IMG/VR virus record: IMGVR_UViG_3300020171_002032
Length of the DNA: 64,000 nucleotides
Source of the DNA: an uncultured virus (IMG/VR IMGVR_UViG_3300020171_002032)
Lineage: Duplodnaviria; Heunggongvirae; Uroviricota; Caudoviricetes
Strand: one strand, 5' to 3'
Below, one piece after another: positions 26,386 through 36,402 of the stretch. The number at the start of each line of letters is the position of its first letter. Positions within the stretch are counted from its first letter, which is position 1. The notes beneath the pieces were generated by a model. The model ran no database searches and was not told the origin of the DNA. It saw nothing but the letters and a program-made list of their open reading frames with translations. The position numbers were made by a program, and so were the translations under genes.

Positions 26386-26919
26386 CTATACTTCTTCCCA
26401 AACCACCGAAACGAACCAATGATTAGTGGCTGGGTTACTTGCTGCCGTACCTATCACCGAAACGAGCAATGCCTGATTCTGCCTAAGAACAATAGGCGTA
26501 GTATCACATAGTACTGGAATAAGCGAGTTGTCCAACGCAAGAACCTGTCCAACTACCGTATGCATCCTCATACAATACTGTTGCCACATAATATCACCCA
26601 TCGTGGCAGTGATAGCTGTTGCACCGCCACCATCAGAGGCATTTCCCCCACGCACAGTTACGGCTCCATCAGAAGTGGCGAGAGTATCAAATACTGCTTT
26701 TGCTAAGGCTGTTCCACCTGTCGGGACAGCAGTAGTTCTGCCACACTTAACCTGTGGCATAACTGCGGCTAAAACTGCCGTAGCATCCATCTGAACTAGC
26801 AGCCTTCGCACCTTGACCAGCATAGTTGCGTGAGTGTTCTCAATCGTCATTAGAAGGTGTGGGCTTACCGCCGTTCCGAGTATCCTGAATGTTGTTGCTG
26901 AATAATATCCTGCTGCCAT
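26386..26919 (-). CDS. putative virion structural protein
   Basis: Ala/Thr/Gly beta-rich; paralog of the previous gene. Confidence 0.7.
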   Translation of the reverse strand: MAAGYYSATTFRILGTAVSPHLLMTIENTHATMLVKVRRLLVQMDATAVLAAVMPQVKCGRTTAVPTGGTALAKAVFDTLATSDGAVTVRGGNASDGGGATAITATMGDIMWQQYCMRMHTVVGQVLALDNSLIPVLCDTTPIVLRQNQALLVSVIGTAASNPATNHWFVSVVWEEV

Positions 26920-27491
26920 TAAGTCATCACGTCCACACTATCAAAATATTCTTTGTACCTCTTAACCTTTCGCTCCAATTTAGAAGGACTCTTGCCATTA
27001 AGCTCAATTTCAACGGCTGTAATCAATCCATCCTTAATTTTAACTAAATCTGGAACTGGAAATTTCCATAGTCCAGTGGGAATGGCTAAGTAGCCGTCTC
27101 CTCTCAATTGTTCCAATTCAATAAGTATTCTCTTATCGTGTTTTGACCTATCGACAACGATACCCTTCTTACCATTTGATATATTTTGTCTCCATTCTTC
27201 AGTTATGATTCTTCCTTTCCTACCTCTCTGAGGACACTCTTTCCCCTTTTGTGAGAGACTACTCTTATTCCTAGTTTCTTCTGAAACCTTCCTACCGATC
27301 AACCAAGGATGCGGTCTATTCTTATTTGCTGATGATATTTTCTGCCTATGCTCTATCGTTAATGGTTTCCCAGTTTTTGTTTTTCTCTGAAGCTCTCGTA
27401 ACTTCTCTAAAGCTTTCTCAGAGACTCCTGAATCGCCATACTTCTGGCGACGAATTTCCCATATTTTCTTGTAGTGATCTGAAGTTACCAT
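26919..27491 (-). CDS. NUMOD3-repeat, PD-(D/E)xK-type free-standing homing endonuclease-like protein
   Basis: EHRQKIS, SEETRNKSS, EEWRQNIS repeats; PDLV...AVEIE. Confidence 0.75.
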   Translation of the reverse strand: MVTSDHYKKIWEIRRQKYGDSGVSEKALEKLRELQRKTKTGKPLTIEHRQKISSANKNRPHPWLIGRKVSEETRNKSSLSQKGKECPQRGRKGRIITEEWRQNISNGKKGIVVDRSKHDKRILIELEQLRGDGYLAIPTGLWKFPVPDLVKIKDGLITAVEIELNGKSPSKLERKVKRYKEYFDSVDVMT

Positions 27492-27528
27492 ATATATGTT
27501 GATGTCATTGTTAAATATAACCTTAACT

Positions 27529-28170
27529 CTAGCCTAGCGAAAGTGTAACTGTGAGTTTCAATATATCTGAAATTTGAAGATCTAGACTAGTAAATGCTGA
27601 CTCGGTGCCAAGTGTTCCACCTGAGGTATTGTTGAAGTTTCCATATCCCTTTATTCCTGTGATTGGGCCTGCACTGTTGTTTTTGAATCCACAGACAACA
27701 ACTGTTGTGTTTCCAGCGGCAGTGTGCGTGAAGCTTTCAGTTACTCCGTCTACTACGCCTGTGCATTGGTGTCTAGCTAAACCAGTTGGAGTCGTAATTT
27801 CCGTGTTCAATGTTGTGTCTGTATCGACTGGCGTAAAGGTTCCAGGGTTGCAAATTGCATAGTAAGTTAAGGCGGCTGGTTGTGCTCCAGTCATGAAACT
27901 GGCATTATGGATGAGGTCTCTTCCGCCTTTAGTCAATAGGTCATCTAAGGTTTTTTCTTCACTGTCAAAATGAGGAAGCCAGTTTCCGTAGCTTTCGGTT
28001 TTTTGGTTCCAACGCTTAACTTCGACCTTGAAATTGACTTTTATTTGCCGTAGTGTTTCGTCGATGCTTCTTTCTTTAGGAGCCTTGGCTATTGCTGTTC
28101 GAACAAAGTCGTCAATATTGCCAAGGTTCTCAACGGTTCCTTCTCTACAGATTGGACATTTTTCGGTCAT
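27529..28170 (-). CDS. putative virion fibre/baseplate-like structural protein
   Basis: LTKGGRD...YYAI...DTTLNTEI...YGNFN..SGGTL pattern. Confidence 0.6.
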   Translation of the reverse strand: MTEKCPICREGTVENLGNIDDFVRTAIAKAPKERSIDETLRQIKVNFKVEVKRWNQKTESYGNWLPHFDSEEKTLDDLLTKGGRDLIHNASFMTGAQPAALTYYAICNPGTFTPVDTDTTLNTEITTPTGLARHQCTGVVDGVTESFTHTAAGNTTVVVCGFKNNSAGPITGIKGYGNFNNTSGGTLGTESAFTSLDLQISDILKLTVTLSLG

Positions 28171-28403
28171 TGCTTATCCCACATTTATTCGTTCTTTACA
28201 TGTAGGGCAACGAACGATAAGGTTGCCTTTAGCATCTTTTTCAGTTACTTCAACTTTGCCAGTCCACCCGCACCAACGGCAGGATGTACTGACCCATGCT
28301 ATGACTTCAGACATTGTTTCTACCTGCAATCTTATTATGGAGTTTCTTGTTATAAAGCTACGGGATTAATGTTTTTTTTACTGTGTTCACCGTTTTCTAA
28401 TCA

Positions 28404-28967
28404 CTACGCCTCTTTTGCTCTTATGATTTGAACATCAATTATACGATTCACACCTGCATTTTGTTGTGCAGTAATTTTGATGTCTCTGTAGACCTTTTTG
28501 TTCAGAATACATAGTGCAGGAACAGACTGGACACCAGTGCATGTTTCTTCAGCGTACTTGACGTATGATCCAGTCGCCTTCATCTTGCGCCAGTAACGCA
28601 CTATAATTGTGTCTCCCTCTAACATAGGAGTTAGATCTGCCCATGCTTCTATTTCGCTTGATTTTACGTCTGTGATTTCAATCAATGTTTTCTCTGTACC
28701 ATCCATCAAAATTGAAGATTCCATAGGTGCCACAAAAGCGGGTACACTGTCAAGTCTACCTCCTGACTCCTTTGCTCTAGTTGACACGGTAGTATCAACA
28801 TTGTCAATTTTCGCTTTTCTTGTCCCAGTTCCAAGTTCAAAGTCCGCGTCTTCACCCATCAAATCCATTCTCGGAGATCCAGTCAAACCTGTTAAGCTTC
28901 TGTTTCCATAAGCCCATATAGTTGCTACATCGATTTCAGGAGGACGAGTCCGAGGAAAATCAGGCAT
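28404..28967 (-). CDS. putative structural protein
   Basis: C-terminal domain paralogous to 28969-29331 (DL..M..GD.I.VR, Y.KYAEE). Confidence 0.7.
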   Translation of the reverse strand: MPDFPRTRPPEIDVATIWAYGNRSLTGLTGSPRMDLMGEDADFELGTGTRKAKIDNVDTTVSTRAKESGGRLDSVPAFVAPMESSILMDGTEKTLIEITDVKSSEIEAWADLTPMLEGDTIIVRYWRKMKATGSYVKYAEETCTGVQSVPALCILNKKVYRDIKITAQQNAGVNRIIDVQIIRAKEA

Positions 28968-28968
28968 A

Positions 28969-29331
28969 CTACTCTTCCACCGTGAAGCTATGTTGGAATC
29001 TTCTATAAACTCCTTCTGTCTGCTGCAATGTTATTTTAACTGATGTTTCCGTCACCTTTTCTGGAAAATACACAAGAGGCGATTCTTGTAAGCCTTCATA
29101 ACTTTCTTCAGCATATTTCTGATAATCACTTGTCGATAGAATCTTGAAGTATTGACGAACAACTATTTTGTCTCCCAGCATCATTTGATGGAGATCAACA
29201 CTTCCCGACAGTTTTCCTTCACCTTCAAATTCCTCTAGAACTTGTTCTATACCGTTCGCTACCAAGTTCCCTTTTTTCGTAACTTTCGTTATTTTGCTAG
29301 TGCTTGGTGCTGCTCCAATTACGACGCTCAA
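28969..29331 (-). CDS. putative structural protein
   Basis: Paralog of the C-terminal domain of the previous gene. Confidence 0.7.
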   Translation of the reverse strand: MSVVIGAAPSTSKITKVTKKGNLVANGIEQVLEEFEGEGKLSGSVDLHQMMLGDKIVVRQYFKILSTSDYQKYAEESYEGLQESPLVYFPEKVTETSVKITLQQTEGVYRRFQHSFTVEE

Positions 29332-29721
29332 TTATCTTACTCCTACAAGTCTAACGTGAGCAGTTTCTCCCACGTTACAGCGAAGCAATACATCAACGAT
29401 TTTGGCAACTAGAACATTAATTGTGTATGTTTCATGAATCAATATTTCGTGTTCGTCGAAGCTTTTTACAGAATTCACAATTGCAAAAACGCTGTGAGGT
29501 CCATCGTTTATCAAGCTTATACTGAACCATGGTTTCCGAGCGTCAATTCTTCGTCGTTCACTTGTTACCGTGAATTTCTCGATAGGCTCAACGATTCCTT
29601 CTGGGACTTCTGCCTTTGCCAAGTTTTCAAGAGACAGAAGCCTTTCAGCAATTTCGTCTAAAAGGGCAACAGTCATCGCGCCTGGATCAAGTTTCTTCTG
29701 CTCTACGGTGGGCTTTGACAC
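29332..29721 (-). CDS. putative structural protein (small beta-sandwich)
   Basis: Operon context; ISLINDGP. Confidence 0.65.
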   Translation of the reverse strand: MSKPTVEQKKLDPGAMTVALLDEIAERLLSLENLAKAEVPEGIVEPIEKFTVTSERRRIDARKPWFSISLINDGPHSVFAIVNSVKSFDEHEILIHETYTINVLVAKIVDVLLRCNVGETAHVRLVGVR

Positions 29722-29902
29722 CTTTCACCCTTCCAGTTTTTTCGTCACGGATTATCTCCCATTCCTCAGTATTTGAATATGTTCGTGCTACCGCATAAGA
29801 TGTGGGTTGCGCGTCTGCGCGAGGTCGAGTTAGAACAAATGTAATGCCTGCTCCAACGGCCACGCCTAGCACTAGCAAAAGAACTTTTTCCCAAGTCTCC
29901 AT
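29687..29902 (-). CDS. small N-terminally membrane-anchored protein
   Basis: WEKVLLLVLGVAVGAGITFVLTRPR. Confidence 0.7.
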   Translation of the reverse strand: METWEKVLLLVLGVAVGAGITFVLTRPRADAQPTSYAVARTYSNTEEWEIIRDEKTGRVKGVKAHRRAEET

Positions 29903-29977
29903 CTGTTACACTCAATACCTATGAATAATGTTCGTAAACTTAAGACTTTTGAAAGGGCCAGAAAACAATGGTCTTTT

Positions 29978-29999
29978 GCGCTTATTGCAAGATAAGCGA
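29978..29999. repeat. dif-like site GCGCTTAT-TGCAAG-ATAAGCGA
   Basis: Matches consensus; between divergent modules. Confidence 0.8.
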
Positions 30000-30026
30000 A
30001 AAGCTTATAACATCTGAGACACACTG

Positions 30027-30266
30027 ATGCAGGGGGATTTACACATAAATTCTATGCAATTACAACATCGAAAAACAATCACTGTTGATCCTAAAGCATG
30101 GCAAAAATACTGTGAAGTCAAATCAATATATCTCAGAACGATGGGCTTACCCGAGCTGACTTTCACTGAATTCGCTAACCTCTCTGTTATGGTCGCTTCA
30201 GTAACACAAGCTGACATCTCTCAGTACAGGAAAAAGAGGAGAGAGATAGATGAAAGTAGTCATTAG
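30027..30266 (+). CDS. hypothetical protein
   Basis: ORF upstream of the helicase. Confidence 0.5.
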   Translation: MQGDLHINSMQLQHRKTITVDPKAWQKYCEVKSIYLRTMGLPELTFTEFANLSVMVASVTQADISQYRKKRREIDESSH

Positions 30267-30422
30267 TCTTGAAAAAGTACCGCTTACCGTTGAGATTGAA
30301 GGATCAGATGAAGCCATGTCCGACATCGGAATTATTGTAGAAGATTCTCTTGCAAGAATGAAGAAAATCTGGCTGGATCACTTGAAAAGACAGACAAAAT
30401 TAACGACGGATGGGCCTACTTC

Positions 30423-31949
30423 ATGAGCGAGATCGAAAAATTGAGACTGGTCATTCAAACAGCGGAAGAGCAGTTTATAGCAATAGAAACACAGATTCAA
30501 GAGATGCGAATGGGTCTTCAGGATCAGTTCAGAAATCTGCTCAACAAACATCAGGTATCACAAATAGATCCTGAATTCTTAGATGGATTCTTCGAAGAAC
30601 CATATGTGATGATTCCTAAGCGAGGCCATGAGTGGTACGTGATAGTTCCCAAATGGCTCAAGATGCAAGTTGGCTACCTTGAACACTCCACAAAAAGCTA
30701 CAACGTATTCATAGTCAACAAATACATTCAATGGTTAAGCGAGATTCCAGACAATCTCAAAGAAAAACTCAAATTTCCAAAAGCCTTGCCTTTGAAAGTA
30801 TTCGACGGAATGCTCTTAACAGGAAAAGAACTTCAAGATCAGGCATTCCAGAAATACAGAGATTATGTAATTTCACGGTCAGGCAATGATCGGATAAAGA
30901 TCAAGCCTGGATATGAATTCAAACTAATCGCACAGCTTATTGAGGAAGGAACACTGCCGTTCATGACTACACCAATAACCGAAGAAGACATAAGACCTTG
31001 GACTGGAGCTGGAAGAGAAGCATATGACAAAATCCTGAAAGAAAAGAACATAGTTGACATTCAAGAAAAAGCATGGAATGAATTCAAACAGAGGGGGGCG
31101 CTCGGCGTATTCTGGGCCTTTGGAACAGGCAAAAGCTTGTTTGGTCATCGCTTAATCGGTCAAATCAAAGGCGACAAACTCGTTGTCGTACCCACTATAA
31201 CCCTTCGGGATCAATGGATCGAACGATTGAAAAAGTTCAATCCTGAAGCACTCAACGAAGTCAAAGTAGAAACATATCACGCTTACGAGAAAGTTAGAGC
31301 CTTACCACGAAAACTTGTGATTTTCGATGAATGCCAACATCTTCCAGCGAACACATACATTCGACTGAGTACGATTCCAACAAAATATCGTGCTGGGTTT
31401 AGTGGTAGTCCATTCAGAGAAGATGGACGCGAAAACTACATCATTGCCTTAACTGGTTTTCCACTTGGAATGGCATGGGAAGACTTGCTACGACTTCAAA
31501 TCATTCAAGCTCCACAGTTCAGAGTCTACATAGTCGAGAACAAGAGGGCTAAAGACCAAAAGCTCGCAGAACTTCTCCAGATACCTATTAAAACAATAAT
31601 ATTCAGCGATAGCCTTGACTACGGTGAAGAAATCAGCAAAACCTTCGAGATTCCATTCGTCTACGGAGAAACAAAAGACCGTCTAGCAATAATAAATGAG
31701 GCTCAAACATGTGTCGTCAGCCGCGTTGGAGATGAAGGCTTAAGCATACAAGACCTAGAAAGAGTCATCGAAGTTTCATTCCTTTTCGGATCACGGATGC
31801 AAGAGAGCCAGAGATTCGGACGATTAATGCACTCAGCTAAAAAAGCGCAACACATTATCATCATGACCAGAGAGGAATTCGAGCTGTATCAGAAACGTCT
31901 CCAAGCAATCATAGAAAGAGGCTTCAAGATCGAATATGTTAATGCTTGA
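30423..31949 (+). CDS. superfamily 2 helicase, XPB/Rad25-like
   Basis: GTGKS, VVVPT, DECQH, SGSP, QRFGR. Confidence 0.88.
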   Translation: MSEIEKLRLVIQTAEEQFIAIETQIQEMRMGLQDQFRNLLNKHQVSQIDPEFLDGFFEEPYVMIPKRGHEWYVIVPKWLKMQVGYLEHSTKSYNVFIVNKYIQWLSEIPDNLKEKLKFPKALPLKVFDGMLLTGKELQDQAFQKYRDYVISRSGNDRIKIKPGYEFKLIAQLIEEGTLPFMTTPITEEDIRPWTGAGREAYDKILKEKNIVDIQEKAWNEFKQRGALGVFWAFGTGKSLFGHRLIGQIKGDKLVVVPTITLRDQWIERLKKFNPEALNEVKVETYHAYEKVRALPRKLVIFDECQHLPANTYIRLSTIPTKYRAGFSGSPFREDGRENYIIALTGFPLGMAWEDLLRLQIIQAPQFRVYIVENKRAKDQKLAELLQIPIKTIIFSDSLDYGEEISKTFEIPFVYGETKDRLAIINEAQTCVVSRVGDEGLSIQDLERVIEVSFLFGSRMQESQRFGRLMHSAKKAQHIIIMTREEFELYQKRLQAIIERGFKIEYVNA

Positions 31950-32044
31950 CATTAAGTATGAGACACGTCGAATGAGATGGGTTGCCAGATGGCAACTCTA
32001 TCTGTTTCTGAAAGAGAAAAGCTTTGGTAGTCTTATCCATGGAT

Positions 32045-32066
32045 GCGGTTAATCAAACTTAACTGC
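32045..32066. repeat. dif-like site GCGGTTAA-TCAAAC-TTAACTGC
   Basis: Matches consensus; between the helicase and the adhesin module. Confidence 0.85.
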
Positions 32067-32124
32067 GTTCAAAACAAACAAAAGATTATTAGCTTTAGAT
32101 AGATAACTATGTCTTGTGAGTTAA

Positions 32125-32655
32125 ATGCCTGAAGCAGTTCCAAATTCTCTCGTTCAATTAACTCTTATTCAAACGCAGACTGATAAGATTCCAGATGTTA
32201 AGACACAGACTGATAAGATTCCGAATTTTGAGCTTGAAGTTGAGTGGGCAACTACTCCCGTTGTTGAAAATATTGCTTCTGCTCTTGCAACGAATTTGAC
32301 GGCTGGAACCGTTACACCCGTATTTCCAACAGGGTCTACGTTAGTACGAGCAATTCTGATAGGAACTATTAAACTTGCGAATCAAGCTGCAAATGCACAT
32401 CACATAAGCCTAAAAGTTCAGGGGCAAAGAGCTGCGGGAGGATATGCTGATCTGCTTGATCTGTCAGCATTGACGACTCTTGGATTAGTTGCGGCAGACG
32501 GTGCGGGCGATGGCTGGACTGGGGCTGTAGACGTAAGCACACTGGTCACTACTAGCAATGTGGCATATGATTTTCGCTTTGTTGTGGACAGTGACAATGC
32601 TGGATCAGTGAATTATACGACGGGTTTTGTCCTTGTATTAGTCTATCATATGTAG
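32125..32655 (+). CDS. putative virion protein
   Basis: QTDKIP duplicated; Ala/Thr beta-rich. Confidence 0.7.
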   Translation: MPEAVPNSLVQLTLIQTQTDKIPDVKTQTDKIPNFELEVEWATTPVVENIASALATNLTAGTVTPVFPTGSTLVRAILIGTIKLANQAANAHHISLKVQGQRAAGGYADLLDLSALTTLGLVAADGAGDGWTGAVDVSTLVTTSNVAYDFRFVVDSDNAGSVNYTTGFVLVLVYHM

Positions 32656-32669
32656 GGAAGGAACAAAAT

Positions 32670-33041
32670 ATGTCTTCTAAAAGACTCTTGCTTCAACAAC
32701 CAAGAATCAGTTCTGGAGCTTTACTCAAGTGTATTGCTACAGGTTCGTACTTAGGAGATGGAAACGCAACACAAGCTATTATAGGTGTAGGATTTCTGCC
32801 AAGATTTTTAATGGTATATAGTCGTGACGTTGCGCTTACAAATGAGCTTAAAGGGTGGAAGTCAAATGTAGATGGTCTTAACGCATATTTCTGGTGGAGT
32901 GGCGGTAGAGCTTGGAGATGGAAACCCGACTATATTATTAGTCTTGACGCTGACGGTTTTACTATCGGTGATGGAACTGGAGACATAGGCAATTATTTAA
33001 ATGTACTAGGCAAAACTTACAGTTATATAGCTTGGGCATAA
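32670..33041 (+). CDS. putative receptor-binding/fibre domain protein
   Basis: TGSYLGDG..GVGF.P..SLDADGFTIG module. Confidence 0.7.
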   Translation: MSSKRLLLQQPRISSGALLKCIATGSYLGDGNATQAIIGVGFLPRFLMVYSRDVALTNELKGWKSNVDGLNAYFWWSGGRAWRWKPDYIISLDADGFTIGDGTGDIGNYLNVLGKTYSYIAWA

Positions 33042-33058
33042 TAGGAAAGGAAATAAAA

Positions 33059-33670
33059 ATGTTCAAAACAGGAACATACACTGGAGATGGAGTAAATCCA
33101 CACGCTATAGTAGGTGTAGGATTTCAACCCGTAGCTGTTTTCATATTTCCTCAAGTCGATTCCGCGAGTGGTGATGGAACAAAAAGTTCTGCTGATCCAG
33201 TAAACTCTATCAACTGGTCTACTTTCGGATCTGACTACTTTTACGGATCACCTAATATTGATAGTTTAGACGCAGATGGTTTTACTGTCAATGGAACAAG
33301 GTTCAATCTTCTTCTAAGAGTTTATACTTATTATTGTTTTGGAGCTACTTGTGGGTGGCAAATGGTCACGGGGACATATACGGGAGATGGAAACGCAACA
33401 CAAGCTATAGCAGGAGTTGGCTTCCAACCAAAACTCATCTTTATTATTCATCGTGTACCTGCTGGAACAAATACGCCAAGCGTGAAAACAGATCAAGATG
33501 GACTTAACGCCTACTCTTATGATGCTGTTGCACCTGCTTGGAGATATACTACTGATGAAATAATCAGTCTTGATGCTAATGGTTTCACAGTGGGAGATGG
33601 AACTGTTCTTGGACGAAACGATCTGAACGTTTTAGCCCAAGATTATGACTACGTAGCATTCAGAGAATAA
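33059..33670 (+). CDS. putative receptor-binding protein with two copies of the same module
   Basis: Two TGTYTGDG..GVGFQP..SLDA.GFTV repeats. Confidence 0.72.
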   Translation: MFKTGTYTGDGVNPHAIVGVGFQPVAVFIFPQVDSASGDGTKSSADPVNSINWSTFGSDYFYGSPNIDSLDADGFTVNGTRFNLLLRVYTYYCFGATCGWQMVTGTYTGDGNATQAIAGVGFQPKLIFIIHRVPAGTNTPSVKTDQDGLNAYSYDAVAPAWRYTTDEIISLDANGFTVGDGTVLGRNDLNVLAQDYDYVAFRE

Positions 33671-33698
33671 CAGGAACAAGCATGAAGGAGAATACGAA

Positions 33699-35183
33699 AT
33701 GCCAAAAACAGTGTATTGTGATGGTACTATAGATCAAATAAAAGCAGCGGTAGCTCAGATTGACACCGATCCCCAAAAAGAGGGCGACATAATCTTAAAT
33801 GAAGGGGATTGGCAGTGGACTGTTGGCGATATCAGTCCAGTTATTCCTCCTCTTCATGGTGGAATACGACTACTTGCAACAGGTTATCCGCTGGATGCTG
33901 GAACAAATCGTAATCCAAAGACTTGGAAGACGAGCATCACGGTTCTTAATGACTTCCATAACGGAGATTGGAGAAACGTAGATGAACTTGTAGAAGGAGC
34001 AAACGCACTGAGCAAAGCAGTATCGCTTGGTTTTCACGGATCTCTATTATCATTTATGGGCTATACCAACGGTCCGTATAAGAAACCCATCGAATTATCG
34101 GGTATAAAGTTCAAAGCGTACATAGATGACATAGAAAATGCGCAAGTCGGAGTAGATTTATCTGGAATACCTGAATTCCGCATTCATCATTGTAGATTTG
34201 AAAATTTTGCAGGACAAGGAATTGGTTTTGGCGGTAACGGAATAGGTTGGGGAAGCAGGGGCGTAATGGATCATTGTGAAATAACTAATCCATACAAGGA
34301 TACATACGGATTAAACAACGTGAAAACTCCTGCGTGGGATCAAGGGCCAGATCATGGTGCAACTGCACAACCGCCGTGTTTAAGAGGTCGCAGTGGAAGT
34401 TTTCATGGTGCCGATAAACAGTGGGCTTACGGTCTTATAGTTGCCAACGCATACTACTGGCAAGATTACAGGAATTGTCTTGGCAAGTTTCAGGATACGC
34501 CTTTATCCATAAGTGAACCCTCGTTACCAGCACAAGCAGGCGTAGAACCAACAGTAGTATATATTGAAGATTGCTGGATAAACAAGTGTCGGCATCATAC
34601 CGCTTCTGGCGGAATGGGACCGATCTACGTACTTAGACATTCCATAATTGAAGATTGCGTTGTTGACTGGTATAGCTCACTCATCGATGCTCATGCAGGA
34701 GGATTACTAACTGAGATTTATGAAAATGAAATAGTTGGCTTACCAAGTGATGAACGCAGTGAAACAAACCCAGATGGAACTATAGATACGGCTTATCTGG
34801 GACATAAACTAACCAGAGGCGTGCATATAAGAGGAGGTGCTGCCATGGTGTGGGGAAACCGCATATCTGGATGCAACACCGCAGTAAACTTCGTGTCGGA
34901 CATGGGACAATCAAGTATCCTTGCTTCTAAAGGATGCTATTGCTGGGCCAACATCTACGCAAATAACAACGTTGACTTAAACAAAAGCAATACCAATCCA
35001 TCACAGCCAAGATTAGACATAGACTTTTTCGAGAGAGCACCAAATCAAGCTCAAGACGGTTTCACATATATTCCCTATGTATATCCACATCCTTTGGTTT
35101 CTGGAGTTCAACCTCCAACTAGACCCCGTTTATCTATCGACTCAATACCTATAAAAGCGAACTTCACACTAACACAACTATAG
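33699..35183 (+). CDS. pectin-lyase-like right-handed beta-helix protein (spike/depolymerase)
   Basis: IHHCRFEN, MDHCEITN, YIEDCWI, IYENEI, WGNRISG coil repeats. Confidence 0.7.
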   Translation: MPKTVYCDGTIDQIKAAVAQIDTDPQKEGDIILNEGDWQWTVGDISPVIPPLHGGIRLLATGYPLDAGTNRNPKTWKTSITVLNDFHNGDWRNVDELVEGANALSKAVSLGFHGSLLSFMGYTNGPYKKPIELSGIKFKAYIDDIENAQVGVDLSGIPEFRIHHCRFENFAGQGIGFGGNGIGWGSRGVMDHCEITNPYKDTYGLNNVKTPAWDQGPDHGATAQPPCLRGRSGSFHGADKQWAYGLIVANAYYWQDYRNCLGKFQDTPLSISEPSLPAQAGVEPTVVYIEDCWINKCRHHTASGGMGPIYVLRHSIIEDCVVDWYSSLIDAHAGGLLTEIYENEIVGLPSDERSETNPDGTIDTAYLGHKLTRGVHIRGGAAMVWGNRISGCNTAVNFVSDMGQSSILASKGCYCWANIYANNNVDLNKSNTNPSQPRLDIDFFERAPNQAQDGFTYIPYVYPHPLVSGVQPPTRPRLSIDSIPIKANFTLTQL

Positions 35184-35243
35184 GAGACAAAGAAAAATGT
35201 CACGTATATTTGAAAAATTGAAGAAAACACTGGTGATTCAAGG

Positions 35244-36389
35244 ATGAGCTTTCAACTCAACGATTTTGCGAACACGAACAAATGGACTGTAGTGACAACT
35301 GGAACAGCAGAAATATTGAATAGAACTGCTAATGGTTTTCAGATCAAAATAAACGCAAGTACAGACATGGCTTGGCTTGTTACTACTACACCTGTTAATA
35401 TTAGAAACATTGACTTGAGCGTGCTCATGGACTTAATGACTGGAGGTACTTTTCTTTATATAGGAAACTCACCGCCTGATCCTTCTATAATATACGCAAG
35501 ACCTAGCTTTACTATCATTCGTACTCGGTCACCATACGCGATTCTTGTTTACAATGGTTCTGGTTTTCCTTGGGCCGATGGATTTCCTAACGGAGCGTCA
35601 AGGTCTCCAACAGAACAAGTCAAAGTGGGTTGGCTCGTAGACACGGCTGGTTTGCTACATGGTTACTGGGCAGATATAGAGTTCCTAAATGCGAACATGC
35701 CTATTGCTGATCTTCAAGGTCTCACATCTAATAGTTGCTATATCGCAATAGGCGCGTTAGCTGAAGAACACGGTACAGTACTTCTAGGAACATCCACGTT
35801 TACTGCTGTTGGAGCAGTGATACCGCCACTTGCCATAAACATCACACCTACATCAGCTTCGCTTTTAGTCGGACAAAGCCAAGCATTTCACGCCAACGTA
35901 ACTGGAGGCACTGTGCCTACAGTCACATGGTATCAACAAGGAAATGCGACACCTCTAGGTACAGGCACCGACATAAACTTGAGCTTTCAAGCATCAGGAA
36001 CATTCACTATCTATGCAATCGCCTCTGACCCAACGGCACCTAACAGTCCCCTTCAATCAAACAATAGCATAGTAACAGTCACAGCGGAATCCTACACCTT
36101 AACGATAACGGCTGGCATAGGTGGAACCACAAACCCGCCTCCTGGAACGTATCAAGAAACATCTGGAAGCAATGTGATTCTAACCGCTATACCTAGTCAA
36201 GGCTACGTGTTTGACCATTGGACTACCGACGACTCCAACAACAACAGCGAAAGTGCAAGCATCACAGTTACAATGAACACAAACCATAATGTTGCAGCAG
36301 TCTTCGCTGTCATCCCTCCAAACCAGTTCAATCTAATCATGGACAGTAGCCCAATTGGAGGTATAGAAGTAACTGTCACCAAAAATTAG
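35244..36389 (+). CDS. adhesin-like protein with PKD/Ig and InlB B-repeat-like domains
   Basis: YTLTITAG.GGTTNP.PG.Y...V.LTAIP..GY.FDHW. Confidence 0.72.
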   Translation: MSFQLNDFANTNKWTVVTTGTAEILNRTANGFQIKINASTDMAWLVTTTPVNIRNIDLSVLMDLMTGGTFLYIGNSPPDPSIIYARPSFTIIRTRSPYAILVYNGSGFPWADGFPNGASRSPTEQVKVGWLVDTAGLLHGYWADIEFLNANMPIADLQGLTSNSCYIAIGALAEEHGTVLLGTSTFTAVGAVIPPLAINITPTSASLLVGQSQAFHANVTGGTVPTVTWYQQGNATPLGTGTDINLSFQASGTFTIYAIASDPTAPNSPLQSNNSIVTVTAESYTLTITAGIGGTTNPPPGTYQETSGSNVILTAIPSQGYVFDHWTTDDSNNNSESASITVTMNTNHNVAAVFAVIPPNQFNLIMDSSPIGGIEVTVTKN

Positions 36390-36402
36390 GAGGAGGAGAT
36401 AA

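Noticed and set aside
32670..33670. Diversity-generating retroelement TR/VR pair
   Set aside because: Both repeats are coding, differences are not adenine-specific, and there is no reverse transcriptase in the window.
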